61,734 nt of DNA from a virus. Taxonomy: Duplodnaviria; Caudoviricetes. The stretch lies in IMG/VR virus record IMGVR_UViG_3300008255_002410, positions 1 through 61,734 of that record, one strand, 5' to 3'. Below the pieces are notes generated by a model. The model ran no database searches. It saw nothing but the letters and a program-made list of their open reading frames with translations, and was not told where the DNA came from. Shown here one piece after another: positions 43,305 through 51,541 of this stretch. Every line of letters starts with the position of its first letter. Within the stretch, counting starts at the first letter, position 1. Made by a program: the position numbers and the translations under genes.

Positions 43305-46300
43305 TTATTTGGTCCCGTAGTAGTTCATGTCCTTCGGATCCCCCCATGTTTTACAAGCCCTGATATCCACTTTCGTAGGAACTTGCATCCAGGTGGGAGC
43401 GTCTTCCATGATAGTCTTTTGTATCTGGTATACCTGATCCCTTTCTTTTGGGGGGCACTCAGTTCCAATGTCGTCATGCACCAAAAGAATGGGCCTGGCC
43501 TTGAACCCGTGTTTTTCCAGAAAGTTCCAGAGTCTTACTATCGCTTTGAGTGTGATATCTGACGCAGGTCCTTGTACCTCATGATTGAAGCCTTCTCTGA
43601 AGGCTGCGTTTATAAGACTTTGCTTGTTGGACCAAACACCAGGGAACTTTCGAATACGCCCATCTACATTTTGTACGTACCCGTTCTTTCGGATGAACTC
43701 GTGGCATGCCTCGATGTAGTACTTGACCTCAGGATAACGGGCAAAGATCCCCATTACAATCTTTGCTGCTTCTCGATCACTGATTTCCAGAGCAAGTGCC
43801 AATCCGTGAACTGTCTTTCCGTAGATGATGGAAAACAAAGCTGTTTTGGCGCGTTGCCGCATCTCATATGTGACTTTCTCCGGTGGTATACCAAAGATGG
43901 TTGAGGCGGTCATCCTGTGGACATCCCCCTTGCCGGTTATCAGATCAAGAATGAGTTGACGACACTTCGTGATGGACGCCAGTACCCGAAGCTCAATACC
44001 TGCATAGTCAGCATCAACGATGTAACCACCTTCCCAAGATGAGATGAACATCTTCTTGAGGGTGATCCCTTTTCGAAGAGTTCCATCTTTCAATAGAACG
44101 TAATCACACCCAGGTTCATGGAAAATCTCCATGGGCTCACCATGATTTCTGTCATCGTCCTTTCTGGTGAAACCTAGACAAACAAGCTGCTCCTCCCCGA
44201 GCTCTTGTTCGAGACTGGTAAACTCGCTCTTTGTCAGTTCAAAGAAGTAGGGCCTGGAAGGAATGTTCATCAGGTTAGGATCCCTGGAGGCCAACCTTCC
44301 TGTTCTTGGGCCTGCAGCAGTGAAACTGGTATGGACCTTTCCATCCCACTGGATATGCCCGTCTTCTGAATCCAGGAAAGAGTCGACAAAGGTTCCCTTT
44401 GCCGTACCTACCTTGCTCCACTTGAGGAGTAACCTTGGTAGCCCTTTGTGCTTGTGCGCCAGGTTCTCCAAAGCTACGGCGTCTGTCGAGTAATCCTTCC
44501 AGGAGAGCTTGTCCAAGGGGAGAAGCCCACTGGTTATCTTCTTTTGACCTCCTTCAGTCAGTCGGAAACCACCTGTCTCTTCATATTCCTTACCAGAGAG
44601 ACGATAGCCCAACCTTCCGTATAGCAACTCTGCAACTTGAGCCCCGGAATCTGGGTTAAACTCGGGCCAGTCATTGAGTTCTGGCTTCTTCAGGATGTCA
44701 GCTCGTAGTCGGTCCAACTCTTGTTGAAAGTGCCCTTGAGCGTAAGTGAGAAACAACCTGTCAACTTGGACTCCTCGAGCCATCATCTTGGACAGCACTG
44801 AGAAGGCGGGCTCCAAGGTCTCCTCATACACCTGCATTGTTCCCCGCTTCAAAACTGCGGGCGTTTCAAACTTCTCCTCCAGCCAGCGTGTTGCGTGGGC
44901 GTCAACACCATTGTACATGGCCAATCCACCAACAACTTCACAGGTATCTCGAGTTATTGGCGCCGGCTTGATCGGTTTCTTGTGAACGGTTTTCTCTCCG
45001 GTCTTGGTCGTCTCTGTCCACTGACTTGCTCGCACTGCCTTTACCAACAGCTCTTTAATCTTGGCCTGTGCTGCTTCAGTCGCCTGGTTGAAATCTTGAG
45101 TAGCTTTGAATACCTTCCGGAGATAGCGCCTTCCACTTTCAAGTGCCTTCGTCTGAAGGGGTGCCAGGTATTCGCTCAAGTCCTGAGAGTAAGCAACATT
45201 GACTTCCCTTGTCTTTTCTACATCCAGCTCCTGCTGATACACGATAAGCGGAATATCTCCGTACCTACGGTCTTTTTTCTTGAGTCCTCGGAGATACGTC
45301 TCTGAAAGCTCTTTCCAGCCCCGGTAAGGTGTTTTCCAGGAGAGAAGTTCCAGGTTATGTCGAACTGTTTCATCTCTTTGTGCGTCCAGGTGCAGTGTGT
45401 CCAGAACACGTCCAGCCAACTCCACTCCAAGGTGAGACCACAACACCTGATACTCGTAGTAGACGTTGTGCACTACCTTGGTGAGATGCTCGGCACGAGC
45501 AAACTCCCTGATGTATTCGAGGGCCTCTTCCCTCTCTGAAACTGTTAATGGAGACTGCTGATGAAAAAGCGGAACGACAAAGGTTCGGTAGGGTAGATCA
45601 TCAACAGGAGGCCCATAACCTTCTCCCCAGGAGAAGCCACAAGAAAGAACTTGAAAGCCAGGCTTTTCTGGCCGTAGCCCGGTAGCCTCAAAGTCAAAGG
45701 CTACCTTCTTTGGGGTAGCATCCAACATCAAGGCCATCTCCTGCCGGACCTCATCTATTGTCACGCAGATATGGACGTTGTCCGGAAGAACGACTTTTGG
45801 TGCCCCGTTTCTTGAAATCTCCAGAACGGTGTTCAAGTCATCGGCAAATTCGCCTAGACTTTGTGGGTTCTTTTCTCGTAGAAGCTTTGCTGGATGCCAG
45901 GTTGGAACATAGTAAACACCCCTCCGCTCAAACCATTTTCCTCGGTTGTTTGCAACGGAACTACCTTTTCCAATTGATCTAAGCGCTGTAGCTCCAGCTA
46001 GCAAGACAACCTTTGGTCTGGCCGTCTTGATTTCTGCAGCCAGGGCAGGTGAGCAAGCCTTGATAACTGCTTCGTCAGGGGTGTTGTTGTTTGGTGGACG
46101 ACACCTTACCGCATAAGTGTAACGAACCCTGGAGCGGTCGAAACCTACTTTTTCCAAAGCGTTCTCGAGGGCATCCCCGGAATCGCCACAGTTGTGAACT
46201 ACAAATCCGTTGGCAAGGAAAGTTCCAGTCGTTGTCTTGACATCTACAACAAGTTTGGGTCCTGCGGGGTAGATACTTTGTACTTTGGCCTTGGCTCTAA

Positions 46301-47183
46301 CTGTACCCCGAATTTGCATCGGATTTCTTTGGAGTACAGACTCAAAGTCTGAAATGAGTCTTTGGGCTGGGCAAAGTGAGAGGAGTCTAATTGCTTCTTG
46401 TGGTCCCCCCTTAACTCCAACTCTTCCACAAGTGTTGTCTTTGTACCTAGCCTCTTCTCGAACTCTGAGTTCGAAGCCACGCTCCTTGAGTAGAGTCTCT
46501 GCTCGATCAAGTAGGGGACCTAGATTCTGGGAAAAACCGATGTGGCCTCTTGAGTGGATGTTGTCTTTCTTTGACCCAAGAATATGACCCTCCTCGTCAA
46601 GAAAACCAGCAAGCCAACCGGCGTCAAAAGAGGGTTCAATATGTGTAGGAGGGACTAGGTAGATTAGAGAGGATGCTCTCTTTGTGGTGTTCCTTGACTT
46701 GTTCTTTCGCCACAGTGACTGCAACTGATCAAGACGAAGCCACTCGGCCTTTCTTGTTCCTTTGGTAAGAACTCGGTGTTCCGGGGTTCCAGTAAGGTGT
46801 CTCTGCTCTGTGGCTACAGTCCAGCATTGAGCTGCTCGGTGGTGAACTTCTAGTATTTCAGAAATCCTCCACCTTCTGGGTTGGAACTTGCTTGCTCCTG
46901 AAGTACTGGGTCGGCAATGTTCGTCTACTGCAATGAGACGATCTCCGACTTTTGCTTCTCCAAGAGGTTTCCACTTCAAGTCTGCGTAGAGAATTAGAGT
47001 ACTCTCCTCTAGGCAGAACGGTTTTCCCTGGGCATCCTCACGATCTCCAGGAGCTTCTCCGACAACCAAAAGATCCGGTTGGTCCAGAGGACCCCGGCCT
47101 TTCATCTTGGGGGAGTGACAACCAGTATCCCGAAGGGGACACTCGGGACACTTCGCCCAGCTCGCGAATGGGCGAACAATCAT
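43305..47183 (-). CDS. polA: Family A DNA polymerase with N-terminal family-4 UDG-like domain, 3'-5' exonuclease and an intein
   Basis: CxxC, GEAPG..ED, CRPP.N, HPA (UDG); DFEATG, HN..YE, YNGVDA (exonuclease); TGRLAS.DPNL.NIP, ADYAGIELR, R..AK...F..IYG, LVHD (polymerase); GGAGG SD. Confidence 0.93.
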   Translation of the reverse strand: MIVRPFASWAKCPECPLRDTGCHSPKMKGRGPLDQPDLLVVGEAPGDREDAQGKPFCLEESTLILYADLKWKPLGEAKVGDRLIAVDEHCRPSTSGASKFQPRRWRISEILEVHHRAAQCWTVATEQRHLTGTPEHRVLTKGTRKAEWLRLDQLQSLWRKNKSRNTTKRASSLIYLVPPTHIEPSFDAGWLAGFLDEEGHILGSKKDNIHSRGHIGFSQNLGPLLDRAETLLKERGFELRVREEARYKDNTCGRVGVKGGPQEAIRLLSLCPAQRLISDFESVLQRNPMQIRGTVRAKAKVQSIYPAGPKLVVDVKTTTGTFLANGFVVHNCGDSGDALENALEKVGFDRSRVRYTYAVRCRPPNNNTPDEAVIKACSPALAAEIKTARPKVVLLAGATALRSIGKGSSVANNRGKWFERRGVYYVPTWHPAKLLREKNPQSLGEFADDLNTVLEISRNGAPKVVLPDNVHICVTIDEVRQEMALMLDATPKKVAFDFEATGLRPEKPGFQVLSCGFSWGEGYGPPVDDLPYRTFVVPLFHQQSPLTVSEREEALEYIREFARAEHLTKVVHNVYYEYQVLWSHLGVELAGRVLDTLHLDAQRDETVRHNLELLSWKTPYRGWKELSETYLRGLKKKDRRYGDIPLIVYQQELDVEKTREVNVAYSQDLSEYLAPLQTKALESGRRYLRKVFKATQDFNQATEAAQAKIKELLVKAVRASQWTETTKTGEKTVHKKPIKPAPITRDTCEVVGGLAMYNGVDAHATRWLEEKFETPAVLKRGTMQVYEETLEPAFSVLSKMMARGVQVDRLFLTYAQGHFQQELDRLRADILKKPELNDWPEFNPDSGAQVAELLYGRLGYRLSGKEYEETGGFRLTEGGQKKITSGLLPLDKLSWKDYSTDAVALENLAHKHKGLPRLLLKWSKVGTAKGTFVDSFLDSEDGHIQWDGKVHTSFTAAGPRTGRLASRDPNLMNIPSRPYFFELTKSEFTSLEQELGEEQLVCLGFTRKDDDRNHGEPMEIFHEPGCDYVLLKDGTLRKGITLKKMFISSWEGGYIVDADYAGIELRVLASITKCRQLILDLITGKGDVHRMTASTIFGIPPEKVTYEMRQRAKTALFSIIYGKTVHGLALALEISDREAAKIVMGIFARYPEVKYYIEACHEFIRKNGYVQNVDGRIRKFPGVWSNKQSLINAAFREGFNHEVQGPASDITLKAIVRLWNFLEKHGFKARPILLVHDDIGTECPPKERDQVYQIQKTIMEDAPTWMQVPTKVDIRACKTWGDPKDMNYYGTK
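46191..47015 (-). mobile_element. Intein (275 aa) with a LAGLIDADG motif in the UDG domain
   Basis: PF|CLEESTLI ... TPEHRV ... WLAGFLDEEG ... TGTFLANGFVVHN|CG. Confidence 0.92.
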
Positions 47184-47194
47184 TTTCATCCTCC

Positions 47195-47229
47195 AGGTGG
47201 GGCGGTGGCTAAGAAGCCCCGCCCCACCT
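47195..47229 (-). promoter_or_regulatory. GC stem-loop abutting the polA SD
   Basis: aggtggggcgg...ccgccccacct inverted repeat. Confidence 0.45.
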
Positions 47230-47236
47230 TAGGTTA

Positions 47237-48415
47237 TCAGTCTTCGAGAACCGCCTCGGTTGGAGCAGCCTTGTCGGCCTTCTTCGGAGCCTTGCCAGCC
47301 TTGCTGATCAGCAGCTCCACAGCATCGGCAGCAGCCCGGAGCTGAGCTGGCAGAGGCTTGAGCTCCTGAAGGTCATCAACTCCAATCTCACCGTGCTTGG
47401 CCTTCTTCGCGACTTCTTTGAGCGTGGCCAGGTTGTCGTGAAGGGGCTTTCCGATCCGCCGAACCACAGGCATCGGCTTGGCCTTGCTTTCGGAAGCCGC
47501 GACGTCCCTTCCAGTCTTCCGGGGGGCGTTAGCAGACTTCACGCCCGGCGCAGCCTTGAGCGCCACAGGGATCTCCCGCTTTGAGAGCTCGGCAAGCTTC
47601 TTGGTGACCTTCTTCCCGGAAGTGTCCATGAAGGTCACTTCACCCTTGCGAGCCAGGGCGATTGGATCGTCAGCCTTGCATACCTCGAAGAGATTCTCCT
47701 GGCTACCGCAGTTCTCCACGAGCTGGAGTGCCTCGGCACTAGGCAGGTGACCGAACTTTTCCTGAACCCTGACGAAGCGCATCAGGTGCCGGTACCCGAT
47801 GTTCAGGTACTTCTGGCCCGCAGCCTCGAACGTCTCTCGGGTCAGGTTCTTGTAGAGAGCGCTGGCGATCTCAGCGATCTGCAGTGTGGGGCGCTCGAGC
47901 ACTCGCTCGGCTTCTGCTCTTGCTGTGTTCAGGATCTCCTTGATGCGAAGGAATCCAGCGGCATAGCCGTCTTCCCCGTCCTTCTTGATGAGGTCCTTTT
48001 TTGGGTGAGCGCTCTGCTGAATCAAGATCTCACCCGGCTTGCTTGCAGCCTCGGTCTTGGTGCTGCAGGGCGTTCGAAGCAAGCACGCCTGGGTTTCTTC
48101 CGAGCACTCTGGAGCTTTGGGATCGTGGCTTTTGCCAAAGCAGGGAGGGTTACCCTGACCCTGGAAGTACTCAACGCCTTCGACGGTCTTGGCGCCTTTG
48201 ACTGCAGTCCTGGCAGGAGCCTTGACTGCGGGAGGGGTGACCTTGGTTGTCGAAGCAGATGCCTTCGGCTTCGTGGCAGCAACCTTCTTCGCAGGCGGGG
48301 GAGTGACCTTGGTCGTCAAGGTCGAAGCTACCTTCTTGGCCGGGACGGCCTTCGAGGGGGCAGGCAGGGCTTTTCTGGGCTCTGCTGTGGGGGTGGGAGG
48401 GGTGACTGTTGCCAT
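47237..48415 (-). CDS. Putative DNA-binding protein: Lys/Ala/Pro-rich N-terminus, 4-Cys motif and DUF3102-like HTH
   Basis: ST.TKVTPP..K repeats; CFG......C......C....C; IAEI...LY......F.......L.I..R...RF.RV..KF resembles DUF3102; AAGGAG SD. Confidence 0.55.
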   Translation of the reverse strand: MATVTPPTPTAEPRKALPAPSKAVPAKKVASTLTTKVTPPPAKKVAATKPKASASTTKVTPPAVKAPARTAVKGAKTVEGVEYFQGQGNPPCFGKSHDPKAPECSEETQACLLRTPCSTKTEAASKPGEILIQQSAHPKKDLIKKDGEDGYAAGFLRIKEILNTARAEAERVLERPTLQIAEIASALYKNLTRETFEAAGQKYLNIGYRHLMRFVRVQEKFGHLPSAEALQLVENCGSQENLFEVCKADDPIALARKGEVTFMDTSGKKVTKKLAELSKREIPVALKAAPGVKSANAPRKTGRDVAASESKAKPMPVVRRIGKPLHDNLATLKEVAKKAKHGEIGVDDLQELKPLPAQLRAAADAVELLISKAGKAPKKADKAAPTEAVLED

Positions 48416-49182
48416 TGGGATGTGTTCTCCTTTCCGATTTGGTTTGGGTGGGTAGTGGGATAGTAATCCGTATCCGGACAGGCTGCAATAGGTTTGTTAG
48501 TACTTGTCGATTTTTTCTTGCTAACTCTGCTTACGACCGGGAGATGAAGGGACACCCGTACCAGGATGTTATGGTCCTTCTTCAGCTTCAGGAACAGTGC
48601 AAGTTCTCGAACGAAATCTTCCTTAGGCTTTCCTAGAACTTGACTTCTTCTTCGATCCAAAGCAATTGTAAGGTAGAGCTGATCCGGGGAAGGGGTAGCC
48701 CAACTGACCAGAGTAAAGGGGAGGCGCTCTCGAAGTTCCCCCACAACCCCCGCCCAAGTAAACTCCTCATGCCGAGCCTCCAGAAAAGCCTCAAATGGTA
48801 AATTCGAGTTTAAGTCATGAAAGGGGGCGTCAGTTAGGAGGTATTGCGAGGCCGTGTTCCACAGTTGTGCTTGAGCCTCATCAAGTGAAATGGACTCTTC
48901 CTGAACACGGTTGAGCAAGTCTCTGAACTGGGTAGCCACTAACCAAAGCCGCTCTGATGCCGTCACGGGGCGTTTGCCCAAGATCAGCCCGCGAAGAGCC
49001 ATGATGCCGTGGCCCCGGCAGTACATAAGGGGTGTGGGGTTCCGTTCTGGGCAGGCATCTACCAGACAAGGAAAGTCCCCCCGCTTTCGTAGGAGGACTT
49101 TTGCCTGTTTCTTGGCAGCCCTTGCAGTTCGGTGTAGCCCGGTTCCGGTTGCGGGTGCTTCAGTTACTGGGATCTTCGGCAC
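48328..49182 (-). CDS. Hypothetical protein
   Basis: Long ORF with a C...C.........C..H Zn-like motif; start uncertain (GTG at 49182 chosen). Confidence 0.55.
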   Translation of the reverse strand: MPKIPVTEAPATGTGLHRTARAAKKQAKVLLRKRGDFPCLVDACPERNPTPLMYCRGHGIMALRGLILGKRPVTASERLWLVATQFRDLLNRVQEESISLDEAQAQLWNTASQYLLTDAPFHDLNSNLPFEAFLEARHEEFTWAGVVGELRERLPFTLVSWATPSPDQLYLTIALDRRRSQVLGKPKEDFVRELALFLKLKKDHNILVRVSLHLPVVSRVSKKKSTSTNKPIAACPDTDYYPTTHPNQIGKENTSQWQQSPLPPPQQSPEKPCLPPRRPSRPRR

Positions 49183-49558
49183 GAGCTGGGGCAATCCCTT
49201 CCGAAGTTTGCACGGTGTGCCTGACCTCGGGGCTCGCGTCCTGGGCGTAGGCGTGTTGTAGAACGGTATTGCCCTGTTGCACCCCATTCCGCAGGACGGC
49301 CACATGATTCGTCAGGAGCTGAGCCGCAGCCATCAGCTTCGGTGCCGCGACCTCTTCACCAGAAAGAATCCTGGAATTCAGCTCGCCAATCAGATCGGTG
49401 AAGATATCAGCGTAGTTGCTGAGTCGAATGAGAGCCTTGGCCATCTCACTGGTGTCCCATTTGCGGGGCTCTTCTGCGAGGTGCTGCTGCACCTGGTTGA
49501 AAAGCGCTGTTGCCCGGCGGAATACCACCGAGGACTCGAGAAAATTCATCGTCTGCAC
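49160..49558 (-). CDS. Hypothetical protein
   Basis: Helical 132-aa ORF after an AAGGAG SD. Confidence 0.6.
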   Translation of the reverse strand: MQTMNFLESSVVFRRATALFNQVQQHLAEEPRKWDTSEMAKALIRLSNYADIFTDLIGELNSRILSGEEVAAPKLMAAAQLLTNHVAVLRNGVQQGNTVLQHAYAQDASPEVRHTVQTSEGIAPARAEDPSN

Positions 49559-49810
49559 CTATTTCTCCTTTGCCCAAGAACCAATGTCTACAGGTTCCAG
49601 GTCTGTTCCATTGTGAACGTACTGATATTGTTCAGTTTTCAAGTTCTCATAAATCTCAGCCTGGTTACCGTACACAATGAGGTATCCAAGTAGAGCGAAT
49701 TCAGCACGAACAGGCGGAGGTCTTGGGCTCTTGATCTGGTGAGCCTCAAGATGCCGCTGTAAATCACACTTGAGGATGGAGACCTCCGCTTTGTCTAGTT
49801 TCCGTTTCAT
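49559..49810 (-). CDS. Hypothetical protein
   Basis: 83 aa; ATGA overlap upstream and abuts the next gene. Confidence 0.6.
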   Translation of the reverse strand: MKRKLDKAEVSILKCDLQRHLEAHQIKSPRPPPVRAEFALLGYLIVYGNQAEIYENLKTEQYQYVHNGTDLEPVDIGSWAKEK

Positions 49811-50025
49811 AACCTAGTCTTGTCCAGATCGATGTCGGTTCCGAGTACTATCAAATCCGGAACTTGTCCGGGTCCACAGCACCGTTCACACCGTTTGACC
49901 TTTCCAGCGGCCATGTACTGATTCGTGCCCACCGTACATGGGAGTGGTGGAGAGATTCTTACGATGTCTCTTCCACATTCCTGGCAGGTGATAAGAGTAT
50001 CGGGGTTTGAGCAGCTACTCCGCAC
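49807..50025 (-). CDS. Small Zn-ribbon protein
   Basis: AAGGAGGAG SD before GTG at 50025; CQECG...CERC. Confidence 0.55.
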   Translation of the reverse strand: MRSSCSNPDTLITCQECGRDIVRISPPLPCTVGTNQYMAAGKVKRCERCCGPGQVPDLIVLGTDIDLDKTRL

Positions 50026-50180
50026 AGCTCCTCCTTTTGATTCCAGAAGCCACACTCTTGCCGGTCGCAAGCGTCCTCGGCAGAGATGGCGCCCTCCATT
50101 AAAAATGTCCTGACTTCCTCTCGGCCCAGAATGCGGGCCAGATCTGTGAGCCCCTTCTTGATAGGGCAATAGGTAATCAT
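49959..50180 (-). CDS. Small Cys-containing protein
   Basis: ATGA overlap; YCP...C....C.FW......C pattern. Confidence 0.55.
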   Translation of the reverse strand: MITYCPIKKGLTDLARILGREEVRTFLMEGAISAEDACDRQECGFWNQKEELCGVAAQTPILLSPARNVEETS

Positions 50181-50575
50181 TCGAACCCGTCGAGTTTCTT
50201 GGTCTTCGTCAGAGTGTTTGGTGCTGGCATGTCGGGAGGCATCTGACCAGTGTAACCTTGGGAGTTGAAGTTGGTCTGTGGTCCCTCCCATTGGTCTTTG
50301 TACATCGACGGACGGTGGGGCTTTTCTTTGCTCCGAAGCCTTCGTTGGTCTCTACCTGCCGGGTGTAGTCCCTCAGTAGGGCCCATTGAGGTTAGGATGG
50401 ACTTCCCATCGGAACATTGCTCCTTCCACCTAATGATGGCTGTCGCTGACCAGGTTCGCCGGATACAGACTGCTCCGCAGTAGGGACAGTTGTACGGCTT
50501 ATCCCGATCTGCAATCAGCCGGATCTCATCTGTGAGGGATTTGCACTGACTACAATCGAATTCGAATAGGGGCAT
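50177..50575 (-). CDS. FmdB-family zinc-ribbon protein
   Basis: MPLFEFDCSQC...CPYCG......S signature. Confidence 0.8.
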   Translation of the reverse strand: MPLFEFDCSQCKSLTDEIRLIADRDKPYNCPYCGAVCIRRTWSATAIIRWKEQCSDGKSILTSMGPTEGLHPAGRDQRRLRSKEKPHRPSMYKDQWEGPQTNFNSQGYTGQMPPDMPAPNTLTKTKKLDGFE

Positions 50576-50623
50576 TAACCTAGGATACCAGGGGGGTGTA
50601 ACTGAAGACAAGAATTTCTTAGG

Positions 50624-50652
50624 AAAAACTGGAATCCCAGAAGGGACTCCAG
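50624..50652 (-). terminator. Intrinsic terminator
   Basis: Minus strand ctggagtccc-ttct-gggattccag-ttttt. Confidence 0.7.
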
Positions 50653-50670
50653 CTCCAGACTACCAGGTAG

Positions 50671-51303
50671 TTAGATCTGGATTTCCTGAATCGCTGATAC
50701 AAAGCGACTCTGGTTCTTCTGCATGAGGGCGAGCCCCTCTTCACCGCAGAATAGCCAGGTTGCTTGTCGGCCACCGTTCTTGTTTGGATTCCAGCAGGGG
50801 AGGATCACCCCCTGCAGGTTGCTATCATTCCGGGGGGTCGGGTGGGTCTTGGCGTAGCCATGGACCACCGTTTCCACGAACCTACCCTGTCGATCCCGGA
50901 CGACCTCCACTACGGGAATCTCATCCCCGAAATAGGTCTCCAGTCCTATTGGCAGGGTGTATCCACCGGCCCGCCGCCCGTGGTTACTGCTGTCCACTTG
51001 GTGGATCCTGCACAGAAGTGCCCGCTCCTTTCCGATGTTGAGGATCGGGGGCAGCTTAAGATCCTCATCGTCCTCTCCTACGAACTTGGGGGTGTGTTTC
51101 CGTCCCACAACCGCCTCCACCACGGGGGCGGTATCAAACACCGACCGGGACACAGCCCGGTAAATCGGTGTTTGGAGCTCTGCTCCGCTGAAAAACTTCT
51201 CAGCAAGGAAGAGCCGCTCATCCGATGTATCTCCCCTGAGCTGTCCAGTGACCAGAAACGCTCTACCACCAGAGAACAGCACCGCCTGTCCAAGGAACCC
51301 CAT
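50671..51303 (-). CDS. Hypothetical protein
   Basis: Strong AAGGAGG SD; 210 aa. Confidence 0.75.
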   Translation of the reverse strand: MGFLGQAVLFSGGRAFLVTGQLRGDTSDERLFLAEKFFSGAELQTPIYRAVSRSVFDTAPVVEAVVGRKHTPKFVGEDDEDLKLPPILNIGKERALLCRIHQVDSSNHGRRAGGYTLPIGLETYFGDEIPVVEVVRDRQGRFVETVVHGYAKTHPTPRNDSNLQGVILPCWNPNKNGGRQATWLFCGEEGLALMQKNQSRFVSAIQEIQI

Positions 51304-51517
51304 GATTCCCTCCTTTCCTGATTGCAGCCCTCAGTCGTTGTCAGCCCCTTGTCGACTGATGGTTGCAATCCTTTCCAGTACAAAGATGCCCACTCCCAAC
51401 GTGAAGTAGAGTCCCATGGACCCTCCTCTTGAGAACGGGTGGCCGACATCCTTCTTGTACCTCGAAAAATGCTCCCTAACAGTGTATCCTGGAGAACACG
51501 CTCCTACTCAACTTGAT

Positions 51518-51533
51518 TTGACGCCGGCGTCAA
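51518..51533. repeat. 16-bp palindrome TTGACGCCGGCGTCAA, copy 6
   Basis: Exact match overlapping the AAGGA SD of the RNAP ATG at 51542. Confidence 0.95.
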
Positions 51534-51541
51534 GGAACCAA

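Noticed and set aside
46244-46510. Out-of-frame ORF inside the PolA intein as a second nested gene
   Set aside because: Only 88 aa with no recognisable motif, and this intein already carries an in-frame LAGLIDADG motif.
2875-51533. Palindrome copies as CRISPR repeats or IS/MITE ends
   Set aside because: They are kilobases apart with no spacer array, cas gene, transposase or target-site duplication.
51416-51541. RNAP start at 51416 as given by the ORF track
   Set aside because: No SD; the extension is motif-less and crosses the palindrome, whereas the ATG at 51542 has an AAGGA SD.
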